Shown piece after piece: positions 24,736 to 39,089 of a stretch of DNA of 64,000 nt; position 1 is the stretch's first letter; every line of letters starts with the position of its first letter. The DNA comes from Glycera tridactyla (Eukaryota). The stretch lies in NCBI GenBank assembly GCA_965644265.1, contig OZ286462.1:22072001-22136000 (forward strand), read 5' to 3'. The notes below the pieces were generated by a model. That model was not told where the DNA came from, did not search any database, and worked only from the letters and a program-made list of their open reading frames with translations. Made by a program: the position numbers and the translations under genes.

Positions 24736-27248
24736 ACATACTTATGTATGTATTTATTCATTTATCTATATCATCGGCATTGCGATCAGTGGCATTCTCC
24801 AGTGTACACGCATTTCCGTGCTTCGAGAAAACTATGATAACGAGCCTCATCAAGTTCAAGTATGTTCGATACGGAGCTGGGTGCACCTACTTGTCAGAGG
24901 AATTACATTTCATCTTGGGAAGCGAGAAAGGGGCCGGACGAAAAGGTGACCATAGTGCATTGCCATGTATGACCCATCAAGGCAGAATCACCACATCTCA
25001 CGTGAACGTTGGCTTAGTGAGCTCTATAAATCTGAAGTAATATGGCTGCATTAGTGCTGATTGTTTCGGCTTACGTGCAGTTATTTCTATTAATGTGGCA
25101 TGTACATCTAGGACATCTTCTCTAGGGTCGAAAGTCGTTTTTTCGCCACGTTGAAGTAGGCTTCTCATCCGGATTCCAAGCGTCGATATCATATACACAG
25201 CCGCTGCGTCGCAAGTCGACTAACTCCGCATTGAAGGAGCATGGGCCTTTCAAGTGTTGTCAACACTACTGGAGATTCGCAATATTTCTTAAGGAACGAA
25301 GCTTCCTCAAGTAACCTGTGGGGGAATTACCATCACATTGTTGATTATATGAATTGCCTTATCTTATCGATATCATCTCCTTATTCTGCAGATGACGTCA
25401 CATGTTACATGGTAGATGATGTTCCGCGTGATACTTCACACGATGCTCCTCATCGCGATCCATGATGAGTGGTTGCGTTGCGAAGTGTACTTACTCAATT
25501 ATTCAATTATCTGATCAATAATGAATGATAAAACAGGATGCATTCGTACATGTAACATCCACACACGTACATTCATATAGTCATATATTCTGATTTTAAA
25601 TACACAGAAGTATCTATAGATTTGCATTCCAAGTCCGTCCCTAACCGTGCTATATATCACGGCAGAATTTAACAAATACTATAGTAATAATATAATGATG
25701 ATCCAACTAGAACACTTAGACAGCCAGAGATTACTATCCTCGAATAGTACCTACTCATGAACGGTTCACCATATGTCATGGGGTCATCATTCATTATCAT
25801 TCATCTCTTCTCATCCATCACCATTGTACATAACATCAACATTACCATTGAATCGTACGTGATTGTATGTTCGTGTTTGTTTTCGTCATCGTGAAGATGT
25901 ATGCTTCATGTATCCAATTGCATTTGACGGATCGAAATAAACTGTTGCAATCAAAGTCATTGTTCCTACCAATCAGGGTTAATATCCAAATGTTCAGAAT
26001 AACCTATTCATATGTTGACTATTACAGTGCTCAAAGCATTCAGGTGTCCTCGGCCTTATAAGCAACCAATTACCTCACATCGTCGCTTGATGGACTGCAA
26101 TCATGATATACATACACCTTCTAACTAGGACTAATCAATATTGACGGCAATAATTACACTACATATATGTCGTTTTGGTCGGTAATAATACGGATCTAGC
26201 AGTAGTATTACTGTTGGATCAGCACACCATGTCTCGAGACGACAAAATGTCTCCAGAAGGCAGTGGTGTAAACGGTTAGAAAAAAAATTATTTGCAGGAT
26301 ATACCAAGGGGATTATGTTCTAGTACAATAGGACTCATCTTTGAGATAATGAGAATATTATATTCCATGTGCTGGTAAAGATGGGCCAAGATATGATGAA
26401 TGGTGATTGCTTGGGTGATTGATGAGAAATGAATAAGATTGAATGTTTCATAGGTCAATTAGGCCTGAAATTAGTGTAGTGGAATCTGGCTAGAAAACAA
26501 AAAGAAACATTTTTAAGAGTAAATACCGAAAATACAAGGTCGCCACTGTCCTGCAAATGACCCATATTTATGAACATTTTTGTGAATCCATTTTTCTGAT
26601 AGCATGTTTTCGTACAATCATGTGATCATGCTTGTGTACGCCAGATAGCGCCCAGTATGGGATTGATGTATATTTGTATGTGTTGCTCATTTAACTTGAT
26701 ATTCCACTTCTACTGCATACTTATCTGATCGTCTCATTCAGTAAAACATCATCATATCATACGACCGACACGTAGCATATTGAATTCGAATGATTTGGGT
26801 AAACCACAATGGCCGGGTGAGACTGCCAGCTTTCTTCCACTATACTATGCTAATTTCATGATTGTAATTTCTTTCATGCCATATATGTTATTGGAACTAT
26901 CGAGTCTGTTACAAGTCAGAGAACACGAACAAAACATTACAATGACACATGGGAGACCACCATCATACGAATGAGTCCTGCCCACAACCACCTCCCCAAG
27001 ATGACCGCGTTAGTACTTTTTAGTGCAAACAACAAAGGTCATTTCTGTCGATTGGTCTGACAGTGGTATCTGTAAATGAGTTTGAAGGTATTTTCTTTTC
27101 CGTTTACATGAAGAATGGACGGGTAGGAGACTGAGTTTTCTCCAAACGAGTGAGTAAGCGTGATCGGCCTCGTACTGATCAGAATTAATATTCAGATGAA
27201 ATTTGTCGAAAGCAATTGATATGAACGAATCGCTTTAACAAGCTGTCA

Positions 27249-27380
27249 NNNNNNNNNNNNNNNNNNNNNNNNNNNNNNNNNNNNNNNNNNNNNNNNNNNN
27301 NNNNNNNNNNNNNNNNNNNNNNNNNNNNNNNNNNNNNNNNNNNNNNNNNNNNNNNNNNNNNNNNNNNNNNNNNNNNNNNN
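27249..27380. other. Assembly gap
   Basis: N run. Confidence 1.
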
Positions 27381-27520
27381 AAATCATCTCTCTCGTACCT
27401 AGCGGGTCGGAATACACAATCTCAAATACGTGGCCACTATTGACGTATATCAACATATGGTTTGTCACTATTGGAATCGTATGGCAAGTGACCACAACCA
27501 GGCTCAATAATTAAAGTATC

Positions 27521-27615
27521 CGATACAACCATATATATGTGAGAGGGGGGGTGATACAACCATATGCATGTGAGAGGGGGGGTGTGATACAACCATATGC
27601 ATGTGAGAGGGGGAT
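27521..27615. repeat. ~32-bp minisatellite x3 (gatacaaccatatgcatgtgagaggggggg)
   Basis: Direct inspection. Confidence 0.9.
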
Positions 27616-30096
27616 GTAATACTATATCACTGGTAGAGAGCTTTGGTAGTGTTACTTGGCTGAATGCGGTGTATCAGTCACGGTCGAACACATACTCAAC
27701 GTATCTGTACTGAACTTTGCAGGTTATGGGATGATGGACTCAGAATCGATGGCCTTCCGTATTTTTTCCCTGAACATATTTCGGGTAGCCAAGTGGCCCA
27801 CGAACTAACTTCAGATCACCGAAGAACGAAAACTTTCCACCTCAAGCAGTCAGGCTTATGAATATGCATGGCCTAGGGACATAGGCTGCTGCCGCAGCCG
27901 ATGGGCGTGGCCTATGAAAATGAAAACCGTTGAAACCGCCGGACTTCGGTGAGGTTACCCTGGGGAACAACAGTTAACGTTTCTCCGAAGGGTTGCGTTT
28001 CCGAGGAAAGGCATCCTGGTTTCCCCCATTGATTTGAATCATTGGTCAAGGGTCAGATATAGACATCTTCACTCTGATGAGTATTTTCTGAGATTCACTC
28101 AGAAGTTGAAGCCCGCTGCTCAATGCAATATGTTTGTGGACGCTACGTCATGAAGCATCAGAACAAATCATGTTCATCTTATGTGCTACATGGCACACAT
28201 CCTTAACTAAGTAAGATGTGAGCTATCGAACAGACAGTGTATAGTAGGATAAATCATCAGTAGGTCATAGTGACAGAAACGGAATAGTACATTCAATTAC
28301 AGGTGTGGCTATCAAGATATTACGAGACAGCTGTTTTCGGCGAGAGAAGGATAGTTTGATCTAGCTCATGGAAAAGATGCCAGGATGTTAGAGCACTTTG
28401 AAGGAATATGGTATGCAGGAAATGCTCATGTACACGCATACTCAGCAAGTGGTGATAGTATCGCCCATCGAAATCTTGAGAATACAGACCCAGTCACTTT
28501 GTCAACAACATCGATATAACAATATTGATAACAATAATATGATGAAATCAGAGTAAGACTTGAGAACAACCACAGATACGGTTCTAGTGGTGAGAGCCAA
28601 CATCGGACAAAATAGCTTTTTTAATCAATCTTTCAAATTGCGTGGTAGCGACAGGATATCGGATAATGCTCATTTCACAATTTAGCCACTCTGCAACAGA
28701 AACTCTCGGAATGTAATCGAGTTTGACAAAAATCTTTCTCGAAGACGTCGGTTATGATTTTCCCATATTGCCCACCAGGCACTGAATATTCATGCTGGTT
28801 GTCTTATGTTTTGAGTTAGAAAGGGATTACGACTGGGGCTGATAAGTGAGAATGGACTGGCAGCTCTTTAAAAGTAGTGAAGGGGTGCTTCCTATATCAT
28901 AGTAATCAATAATTGACAAGTTTTGATTGTTCGATGCCTTTTTTTATTTACCACTTTCTGTAATATTGCCAGCATCATCTCATGATCGCCATCATCACAA
29001 GACATCATCAGCGCCACCAATCCTCCTAGACATTCTGTCATCACCGTCTTTGTCTTTCTTATCTCCTTCATCCTTCTTTTGTTTTTGTTATCTTCATTAC
29101 GCATTCACATTCATCATAGAGTTATTCTATCATCGTTTTTTGCTCTCGTTCGAGTCTCCGTATTCATTCACATGATCGTTTGCGCAAGCGTAATCCATGA
29201 TAGCCCGAATAAAAAAGGTAGATCTGCTCACCATATTCGCAGCTATAAACGTATGAATGCTCGCCTCTATTCACACCAGCATTGACACCTTGGTTATGGG
29301 ACTTGGTGTTATCATCACGTTCACCGCGTTATTTGAGTTGAAATTGTCGACCACCTTTTATTAATCGACATATACACGAGGCATACACGGGAAAATAATA
29401 TCCATAGCCGTCTACTTTATACCTCCGCATTGATGTTTATGTCTAGCCGTTGCCAAGTAACGGGGCTGATGCAATGATATTCAATATTGCAAGACCGTTT
29501 TTGACGGACATTAATGGTGACCCTTTACTACCCGCTATTGGTATTCTGATTCAGGTTTCACCACCAAATTCTTGTTTCATTTCCTCATAGCTTCGTTCAA
29601 AATGAGAAGATACATCTGGGGCTAAGGTACGAGCATGCTGAAACCATTGTGAGCATGTCCCGGTTCCTTGGGATGTGTTGTCAGGTAACGATTTCTCCTT
29701 GGTGTGTCACCCATACTTTTGTAATATGTCCCGTGTTGTAAAGTATTTTACCGGGAGCCACATATCATATTTGAGTGATTCTCGCCAGTTGATACTGCTA
29801 GATGACATTCCACCCCAGTGATACTATTCTGTTGTGAAAGCTTATTGTCTTCTCATCATGATCAGCATATTCTGTCTATGGGGTCATTGGTCTGGCATGT
29901 GACATTCACCTAGTTTATACATTGTCTGCATATATATATATATATGTGTGCTGGGTATGTGTCATATTTCATGCGACAGAGGACGGGATAACTGTGTATA
30001 AATCCTTAATTCCTGTTTGGCAATTTTCAGATCAGACAGGGTCATCTATTGTGACTATAGTCTCAACGGTGACCTTTGTAGTGGTGTTCCCCGGAA

Positions 30097-30580
30097 TCCG
30101 ATGCACTTCTCCATCTGGCTTTGTTCTGCTCTGTAAATGTGGTTTCTTGAGTCATTGGTGCCCTCAGGCGTCTGATGCACTCCACCACCAGATCTTGATT
30201 GACCTTCCCCGAAGTCTGATACACCCCTACATCAGGCCTTCCTCCTGCTCTGTGAATGAGTTTTTTGAGACATTGGCGTTCCCGAGGGTCTGATACATCC
30301 CTCCAACTAGGCTTTCCTTCTGCTCTGTGAATGTGGTTTTCGAGACATTGCCGTTCCCCGAAGTCTGATATACCCCTCAACCAGGCCTTCCTCCTGCTCT
30401 GTGAATGAGTTTCTTGAGACATTGGCGTTCCCATGGGTCTACTACACCCCTCCACTAGGTTTTCCTTCAGCTCTGTGAATATGGTTTTTGAGATATCGAT
30501 GTCCTCCGGAGTCTGATGCACTCCACCATCAGGCCAACCCCCCCCCCCATGCTCTGTAAATATGGTTTCTGATACATTGT
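30097..30580. repeat. Degenerate ~75-bp tandem repeat, about 6 units, with alternating A/B variants
   Basis: ctctgt(g/a)aat anchor at 30129, 30248, 30323, 30397, 30471 and 30552. Confidence 0.9.
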
Positions 30581-30719
30581 TGTAGTCCTCTATAGGCAGA
30601 AGACAACGAGTGTCGTGTACAGGAGGCTGTATACATTGAGTGGTTCAGGCCGTGTGGGGGTTCGATCTTCCCTTGATTCACTTTAGTGTCGTGTGTAGGC
30701 ACACAACCTACCGATCATG

Positions 30720-30995
30720 TCCATGTTCTTAGGCTAATGGAACGACGAAAGAAACATGTGGCTTCATTTGTATTTAAGACACTCCAACACGAGATACCCT
30801 TATCTGTCCACAATATGCTGCATTCCGTTCATGGTGGCGATCATAAAGCGACTCGTCAAAGCTCAAACAATGTTTTTGTTATCCATCTTACTGGGCTAAC
30901 TAAAAGCAGGGATGATTTCCGCTTCAGAAGACTGGGTGTTTGAAATCAAACCCCATAACAATTGAAGATTGCTACACCCTTGACACCTTCAAAGA
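30720..30995 (+). mobile_element. LINE ORF2 C-terminal remnant
   Basis: LMERRKKHVASFVFKTLQHEIP..ATRQS..FRFRRLGV*NQTP*QLK matches the RR..H...VFK.L...P..TR..F.YRG..WN.LP tail pattern. Confidence 0.65.
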
Positions 30996-33339
30996 GAATC
31001 TGTATGCTTATGATACACGCTGGGAACTGAACCTTTGTATAGCCTCCTAGCCGCCTCCCTCCCACCCAGCCTTCCATTTCCAACTGCTGACTCTTCCGAC
31101 AAGTGAGTGAATTTCAATAGCAAATTGTCCATTACGTACATCTGCATGCATCTCGATCCTAGAATCTGCTCAGATATAATATGCTCATGCCACTTCCCGG
31201 TGGTTGTCGTCGTCCCAAGCCGATCATTGCTCAAACGGGGCAATCTCCGAACTAGTGTCTCTCTGTCCTCCTTTCTCTATTCTTACTTTCCTGCTTGATT
31301 GTCCATAGGATAGCACAGATATAGTATGTATCAGTCATGTACAAATAACGTATGACTGTTTTGATAATCATTCCCAACTGTTTTCTATCTTACTTCTGAT
31401 ACTCGTGACCACCGAAAAAAGCTAAGTGCATCATCATTTATTGTACAAATGGTCTACGAGTATGAATAAATTTTGATTTAATTGAATTGGATTGTGTAGA
31501 GAGGCCCACACTAACATGGTGTGATTCGTCCCTGAATTGCTTAGTTTCGATTTATGCCGACTGATTGCCTGCAGCTTCCTTCCACCACCAAGATGATATC
31601 ATATTGATAGCAACATGTCTGATCTTCCAGCCCGACCATGCAATTGCCTGTGTTGGCAGATATATTGATACCTCTTCATTATATTATCACTTTCCGGGTT
31701 TAATGGGTTAGGATCTTCCCATTGTCGTTCTGTTCAGGTGAGAGGCGACCGCCCATGATTGAAGGTTCAGTTCTCCTCTCTCGTACTCGCGTGTTTATGG
31801 TGTCAATTACTCCTCGTGTATGTATTGTTCGTCAGTTGTTATAGCAACATAACTAACCAGAGACCAATGTGCTCAGATCCCAAGTCACATTCTATGTACG
31901 TGTGACATTCGACGAATATTAGCTAACCAATATCATACATAATTGGATATGGCAACTCTTTGAAGTGCGTTTGGCACTCACTGACACTGGTATGTCGGCC
32001 AAAGTTTGCGAATATGAGACATGTGTGATGGTCAGATACATACATATACAGTGGGCAAATGTTCCAACCAATGCATTCTGTGGTCGATTATCCAAATAAT
32101 TTATGAGGTTGACTATTCTACTGCCAAAAGGCATGGGGTTCTCTTTTATTATCCGTGTATTCTCGCACAGATGAAATTATGCACAAAAGAATATTGATAG
32201 AATGTGAAAGAGAATTGGTAGAATGTATTACCCATGTCTTGATAGCTGAGAAAGAGGCCAGACATACCCAGATTATGCTAAGCAAAATGATGAAACAATA
32301 TTGCTGTATGGCACCTTCATGGCACGGCATTAGTAACGGTGTCTTTTGCATCAATCCTGTATTGCGGGGCTCGGAGATCATAGTTAGTGATAATTCACGA
32401 GATAGCACCATAGTATACAGAATACAGAATACAGAATTCTTTATTATGTCGGATACATATATACAGAATATTTACACGAGACCCAAACGGGTCGTATTAC
32501 GTGCTAACACAAACATGACAGCGATAGTGCCGTATACTAATAATGCACCGAATCATGGTATTACTTGGATGTCACATCACTATCAGATGGCTCCGTTTAT
32601 ACTCACACAAGGTATATGATGGAGTCCCAGCATTGCATGGATAGTTAATCGATTGGGCATAATCCAAACACTGCCGGGGGGCATGGGCAGATCAATAGGT
32701 ATCTGAGCGACATTCAGGTTGCTATGATATCAATTGAGCAACCAGGCATTGGTTTACACATTTACAAGATCAGGCGAGGTACCAGTGATACCCTCTTCAA
32801 CACTCTAGAAATACCAAAGATCATGCATCTATGAACGTGTAAGTAGCACATGTCTCTAGAGAAAATAGACCACCAACATTTCACCTGGTTTTCATATGTA
32901 TGAGACAATCTGAAAATAATGTCCGGAACTGTAAAGATTCCCAGTGAAATCGTACAGTTTCGCTACTGAAATAAAGGGGCAATTCATGTTTGATTGACAG
33001 TGAAGTTGTTATGAAGTGTTAACGAGTTATGATGATTTGACAATGATATGCCTGCTGATGAAATAGATGTTGATGATTTATGTTAATCTCGTGCCAAAGT
33101 CTGAATATCTAGTTCTCACATATATGGACAGGTCTCACATCATTTAGCTGCTCATCTATCTACTCAACCAACCTGATTAAGCCATAATATCAATTTGTTG
33201 GCAGATATTTGCAGGAGACATCTTTCCTCATTATATCTCCCAGTATGATTTAGCCTTTGCAGTCCAGTGATAATTGGTCGTGCAGCGCTTGTGAGTCAGA
33301 GAGTGTGAACGATATCTTTGTCAGGTGCAGAAAAACAGG

Positions 33340-33760
33340 CAATTCAGTCAAAGTGCCTGGGTGCTGATGACAAAATTGTTTGACTATTCTGGATGATCTC
33401 AGCCCAGTACCACTGAAAGAACCTGATGGGTCGGACCTGTTTGCTATCTATGGAAGAAAGGTTCAGTCTTGGAGGGGCGCAATCCTCTGTCTGTGAAACT
33501 TGGATCCTCCTATCTTGTGGTTGCACGTGCATGTTTGCAGAGGAGGGTGATCAGTGTATGTGGTCTGTAGTCAATAATTACAGTGACACTGTGAACAGCC
33601 TAGGAATATTGCCTTCAGATCCCAGAAAGGCGCTAATACCATCATCAAACCCCGGTGGTGTATAAACTCATCACGTGTGGGCCCTGGGATTTGTGTAGTC
33701 TATGAATATCGTGGCTGTATGGAGCATGTGTAAGGCTTCTCCCACCTCTGTTGCGGTCAC
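33340..33760 (+). mobile_element. Possible Gypsy-type RT remnant
   Basis: ILDD-like motif, then CMFAEE..GILPSDPRK (KC.F....GI.PDP.K) in the expected order, across frame breaks. Confidence 0.35.
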
Positions 33761-34289
33761 CCGTCCATCGACCAGCTGCGGTCACAGCCCTTTTATATCC
33801 GGATCAGGTGAACGACAACGACAGTGAATTTCACAGTTTAGCTCATCTTGGCATGTTCACGAGGCTCGGTCTGACCTATAGATATATCATCGGCTCAAGA
33901 ATCTCTCAGATTCTGCAGTTCTTTCGAGTAGGTGAGACTTTTGACTCTTGTTAGTTCTAGAGCATTTGTAGCTCATGGATCTCTGATGTGAAATTAAGTA
34001 TTCCTGTCCTATCCTATCATATCCGCACTGATGAGAATTGATGAATGCTATGACAGATGTGATAGAATCTACAGAGTGAGGGATGCGTTTATTTGAATGA
34101 CGTGATGAGGTGTGGTCTAATGAGAAATAAGGCTGTTGACATCCGAAAAGTATTGATCGAAGGTAATGAGCGTCGGATCTTGTTCGGACGCCGGATGCTA
34201 TCCTAATTGAATAACGAATGTCAGGCCAGATCATGATGCTTCATCAGCACTCTCCTGCCAACCCCTTAACTGCATCCCTGAGACCAACG

Positions 34290-34870
34290 AGTTATCCACC
34301 TGATAAGTCAGAAAACTCGCATCACAAGATTGTACCTGATTCACTGTACTGCCAGCAATGGTACATTTGTAACTGATTCTAGGTGACATACATCCAGCCA
34401 GACCCTCAACTGTCTTTCTGACACCGAAAGACTTCTCAGACCGGGCCAGATGATCAAGGATTCATTCACCAAAATGAGTCAGAACAACTGCATTTCAAGC
34501 CTGAAGCTGATTCACTGTACTGCCAGCAGAAGTGTATGTCTACATTCGTAACTCATTCTATGTGACTCATACATTCAGCCAGACCCTCACCTGCCTTTCT
34601 GACACCGGAAGGCTTCTCAGACCGGGCCATCAAAATAATAGATCAATCCACCTGAAAGAGTCGGAAAAACTGCATTTCGAGACCGAGCGGAAGTCTATGT
34701 CTACATTTGCAACTCATTATTCGTGATTGATTCAATCCTGCTAGACCCTGCACCGCCTTCCTGCTACCGGAAGGCGTTATGACACCGGGCCAAAAGACAA
34801 AAGATCTATTAACCTCAATGTGTCAGCACCGGTAGTGTAGTGTATATCTACAATTGCAACTCATCATGGG
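34290..34870. repeat. Degenerate ~165-180-bp tandem repeat, about 3.5 copies
   Basis: accgggcca at about 34441, 34621 and 34785; shared ccagaccct, acattygtaactcatt and ctgattcactgtactgccagca segments. Confidence 0.85.
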
Positions 34871-37671
34871 TGATTTGCATGGTAATATCGATACGAACGA
34901 AGCCTGAAAAGGGGATCAGATTCTTATGAAATGTGTCAGTTGGTCCTGCTATCCGATGAATTACTCTTAAAATGGGTTTACCCATCTTCCTGAACGCATG
35001 CACTCACTAGTGCATCTTTCAAATCTTCTATAAATATCGATGGGTCAGCGCAATACCAGGCTTACTCACTATGTCACATTAAAGATTTAGCCTAGTATTT
35101 CGATGAGTATACAGGTTATCAAGGAAAATTTCACCGGAAAATGAAAAGATTGACTGAATCTCTATTCCAATGATTGGAGAAGCTAAGAAAAACAGATCAG
35201 CGGTGACATGATTAGTACAACATGACATGAGCGCTATTGGTGGACCAATCCAACAGTGTCAATTTCAGCTCTCCTCACATGGACTGGGCTGAGTTGCTGG
35301 GGTCAGATTACACAGATTCTGAGAGAAAATAACTGCTGTTTCTGTCTGTATTTCAACTGGAAATGATCTCACGGAAATATTTCTTTCACATATGTATCCC
35401 TAGTGGAATTATCTGTGCAAATATTTGAATTTTGAATGATTCAAATAATTCCTTCACACAGGGAACTTATTTTTCAATAGTTTGAATCTGATATGCAGGT
35501 GTTATATTGAGACGTTTGGCAGTTCATACACAGAGCTTCCCTCATTCAGCGGATTCAGTGAGTCCAAGCATCATTGCACGTTTGCCAGAACAGGGAATTC
35601 ACAGAAATAACTCAGACTGCCATAAATAATGTAAATCCTTAGCTTAAAATGGATCTAAAAGGCATTTTGAAAGCAAAATTTCTAGCATAAAAAATCATCC
35701 AAAAACATGTAAAATCTAGTTTGTTAGAGCACGTATGCTTGAAAATCAATGCATTCGAAACAAGGCATGAAAGATCTGATGACATGTAATGGCATGATAC
35801 TAAAATGACCAGTGGAGCAAGTAAGAACAATAACTCCTAAAGAAGCCTCCTAAATGATCCTAAAACAGCTGCTAATCATATCGAAAACTTAAATCAGTCA
35901 CACATAGCTGTTTCAGTAATAGGAGTCCATGGCAAGGTCCAAGGCAGCGATCTTGGAGGGGACACAGATCGCAGAATCCCTGACTCCTACAGCTCCAATG
36001 CGTTCTCTTCAGAACAAAATTTTCAAGTGCCAGAATCTAGGTTCTGAACACCTTTATGGAAATGCCCTGGAGAGCTAGAAATAGTGGGAACTTAGAGCGG
36101 GAAAGACAATGCCAACTTTTCCAAGTCATATACCCTGAATGTATCCACTTCTGGCTAAAAGAAGTCTATTCCAGTCAAGTTTCCGGAGAAAGCACGTCAC
36201 TTTCATGTCTATTTCCACCGACTTGACTCGCCGACTCTGGGAACCGTTCACCACACTGTGTGATCAAAACTAACGATGGAAAACTGCTAAAAAACTTTCT
36301 TCCTCGAACTCTATAAAATATGGCTTTTCTATTTTCATTTTCTGCTGAGATATCCTAGAGGACTCCTAGAATCACTACAAGCTGGGCGCATTCCGAGTAC
36401 AGCGAGTCTGCCGTGCGTTACTCGATCTCTAGTTGCTATGCCATCAGCTTTTCAAACAAAAACGCCCAAACCAGAAAAACTAATGGGGCCAAATATAATT
36501 TTCAATGATTATATGTGGAAATACCTCAAGTGAATTAAAATTGAATAGAGAGGAATTTATACACTTCCGGAACGGGAAATTAGTGCCACGGGCCTCAGAA
36601 AGAATCACCGCGAACTTCACTTGACATCACGGCATGCAGAAACATGGCGTTACACGAGTAATCTCTATATGAGGTCATTTAGTGTAGGTCAGTGCATGTC
36701 ATTTTCGACATTGAACAATTATACTGATGAAAGTGACATAGCCTGTATGGGCGTTTCCATGATACCATCCCTAGCATTCTTCGTCTTTATAACTATTGAG
36801 ATTTGGTGTAGTTTCCATAGATAGGTGACAAATTTTACATGTGCGACTGAATAAAATTCGAGCTCAATCCATTAGCAAACCATAGTACCAATGCGACTGT
36901 TGAGTAACCTCGACCGCTTGATCCATGCTTGATTAGTTGGTTGGTTGGGGTTCACCAGCATGAAATATTGATGGATGCCGAGTGTTCCTGGTCCCTGGTT
37001 AAATGCATCTTATATCTCCTGTGGGTGTCACCCTCACAAACTGGAGTGGGTGTCGAGTGGAAGTAGCTGTCAGATCCGATACGCCTTCACATACCAGAAT
37101 GAGTCTATCAACCCAAGAAATACGTCTAAATGTGACACAGGGCGGACAGTGAGGCATACGCAGTACGCGCAGACAGCGAGAAAAGTAAGAAAAACTTTTT
37201 CCGAAAGTTTGCTTGCCATCATCATAGGATCAGTTCCTTGTGAGAGTTTCGTCTTGAGGGCTGTTGTTAACATTTAATCGATGGTGAATGATCTTTGTCG
37301 TACCCGTATTCTGTCTGTTGAAACAATTCTATCCATTCTGGAAATCAAGCCGATAGCGAGACAAAACACTGATAATCACGAGTCATCTTGTTCTTGGTGC
37401 TGAATACCGAGAAATATAGCTTTTTGGAAAGTGCCATCGCTCATATGAAATAGTTCTCTAATATTGTGTTTTCGAATAACAGGGTCATCAAATAGGGGAT
37501 TCATTCTACTCAATCGTGATTGATTTTTGCTATTTCACCACAGATGATCATGCCTGAGCTGTTTGAAAATATATCGCTCCGGGGTGCATAAATACAGAAA
37601 TCACTAGTGTCATGTCCAACTTCCAAGTGAAGTGGCACAGCAGGGGCTTGATCTGGAGGTGGAGTTATCCA

Positions 37672-38025
37672 AATAGTTCAAGAGCTCGGGCACTTTTATT
37701 CATGTCGGAATGGGCAAATTGGGGAGCAGTGGATTCTAGAACCAATTGCCCATTGAATCGCCCATACCCACAAATGTATAAATCCAAAGTTCATTTGTCT
37801 GTGGGTCTTGGGTAGAACGCATAATGTTGCAATTTATATTTTCAGGGAAACCACCCAAAGAAACCAATGTTGCCATGGAAACGAGATGTTTTGAAGGCTT
37901 AGTTGCCACCGGTGGCAAGTAAGAAATCCGGATTCAGAAACTACATGAAATTTCGTTCTAGAATCCACTGCTCCCCTTTTTGCCCATTCCGTCATGAATA
38001 GAAGTGCCCAAGCTCTTGGACTAAA
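37672..38025. mobile_element. MITE-like foldback element with ~65-70-bp inverted arms
   Basis: ttcaagagctcgggcacttttattcatgtcggaatgggc...ggattctagaac (37677-37742) mirrors gttctagaatccactgctcccc...agctcttgga (37955-38020). Confidence 0.8.
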
Positions 38026-39089
38026 ATGTTCGTGCAATGCGAAGACATGTCAATTCGAAAGCAGAACAGCTTCATTGTGTAGATCAAATATATTCCCATC
38101 TGTGTAACTGCGGGATTTCAAGGTAGCCGATTGAACATATTCTGCAACGAGTGCCAATGCAACCATAATGGTGTTATCCAAGTCATAACTTTCAACGGCC
38201 ATAGCAATCCAACATCACACATGTCCACAAGTTCGGATGGAAATGCAAGATGGACTGATGCATCTACCCTGAGCAGAGGTTGGTAGCTGATTGCACCCTC
38301 ATAATCATATACTCACCAGAACGTCCATTAAATCTCATCAAATTCGATTGGGGAAACGGCTATTATGATATCATAGTCTAGTAATCATTTTGTGAGCCTA
38401 CTTTAGTCTGCGACACAATAGCGCTCCCCTGCTCATAAGTGACGGATTATTGCATTTTGTCAGATATGGTTTCATCCCTTGGCTTACATAATCTCAAGCT
38501 AATCCATGCTTCTATTTGAACTAGGTGAGGTCGTAACCTTGACAGTCTTCGCCGTACAATATTTAGTACTGGAGGTAATTCGAGCCTACCTGACTTTATT
38601 CAGCAACCCTACAAGTGAAGGAGTGTGATTGTCGGGAGAACAGGATATGGTCGAATGCAAAGCTGCTTAACCCATTGTGATATGCTTTTTATGACTATGT
38701 CCTACTTGATAAATTTTGAATGTGGCAACTTGGTATCGTCATTTGCTCTGGTATGATTGGACTATATAAAAGAAACTTTAACAAATTCATGACATGTTAG
38801 AACTTTATATGCTTCCCATCATTCATTCATATGGTGTGTATTTGTGTCTCATAATCTTTCATCTCCGAATATGGTCATCTAATCAGGGTCATTCTCAAGC
38901 CATGCCTTCAGTCCCTGCAGAGAGCCAGGGGGTTCGGTGTCAAATATATATCAATCATATATCAATCTGTGTGCCAGCCGTCTACGCCAAGTATATCACC
39001 GTATGTCCAATTTTCTCCTCCAGTGACTCAACGTTATGGAGAGAGGCGGCACTGGTTCAGCGTGGAAGGCGATTATCTGTGATATATGA

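Noticed and set aside
25075-25203. 129-nt phase 1-1 minus exon candidate (AVYMISTLGIRMRSLLQRGEKTTFDPREDVLDVHATLIEITA)
   Set aside because: Weak acceptor, and its phase is incompatible with the neighbouring phase-0 exon at 23483.
30590-30690. tRNA gene or Penelope endonuclease end
   Set aside because: A B-box-like GGTTCGATC is present but there is no cloverleaf; the EAVYI motif alone is insufficient.
32155-32619. 154-aa plus ORF
   Set aside because: No convincing domain; the faint RT-like phrase (ILIECERELVECITH) is not followed by the expected motifs.
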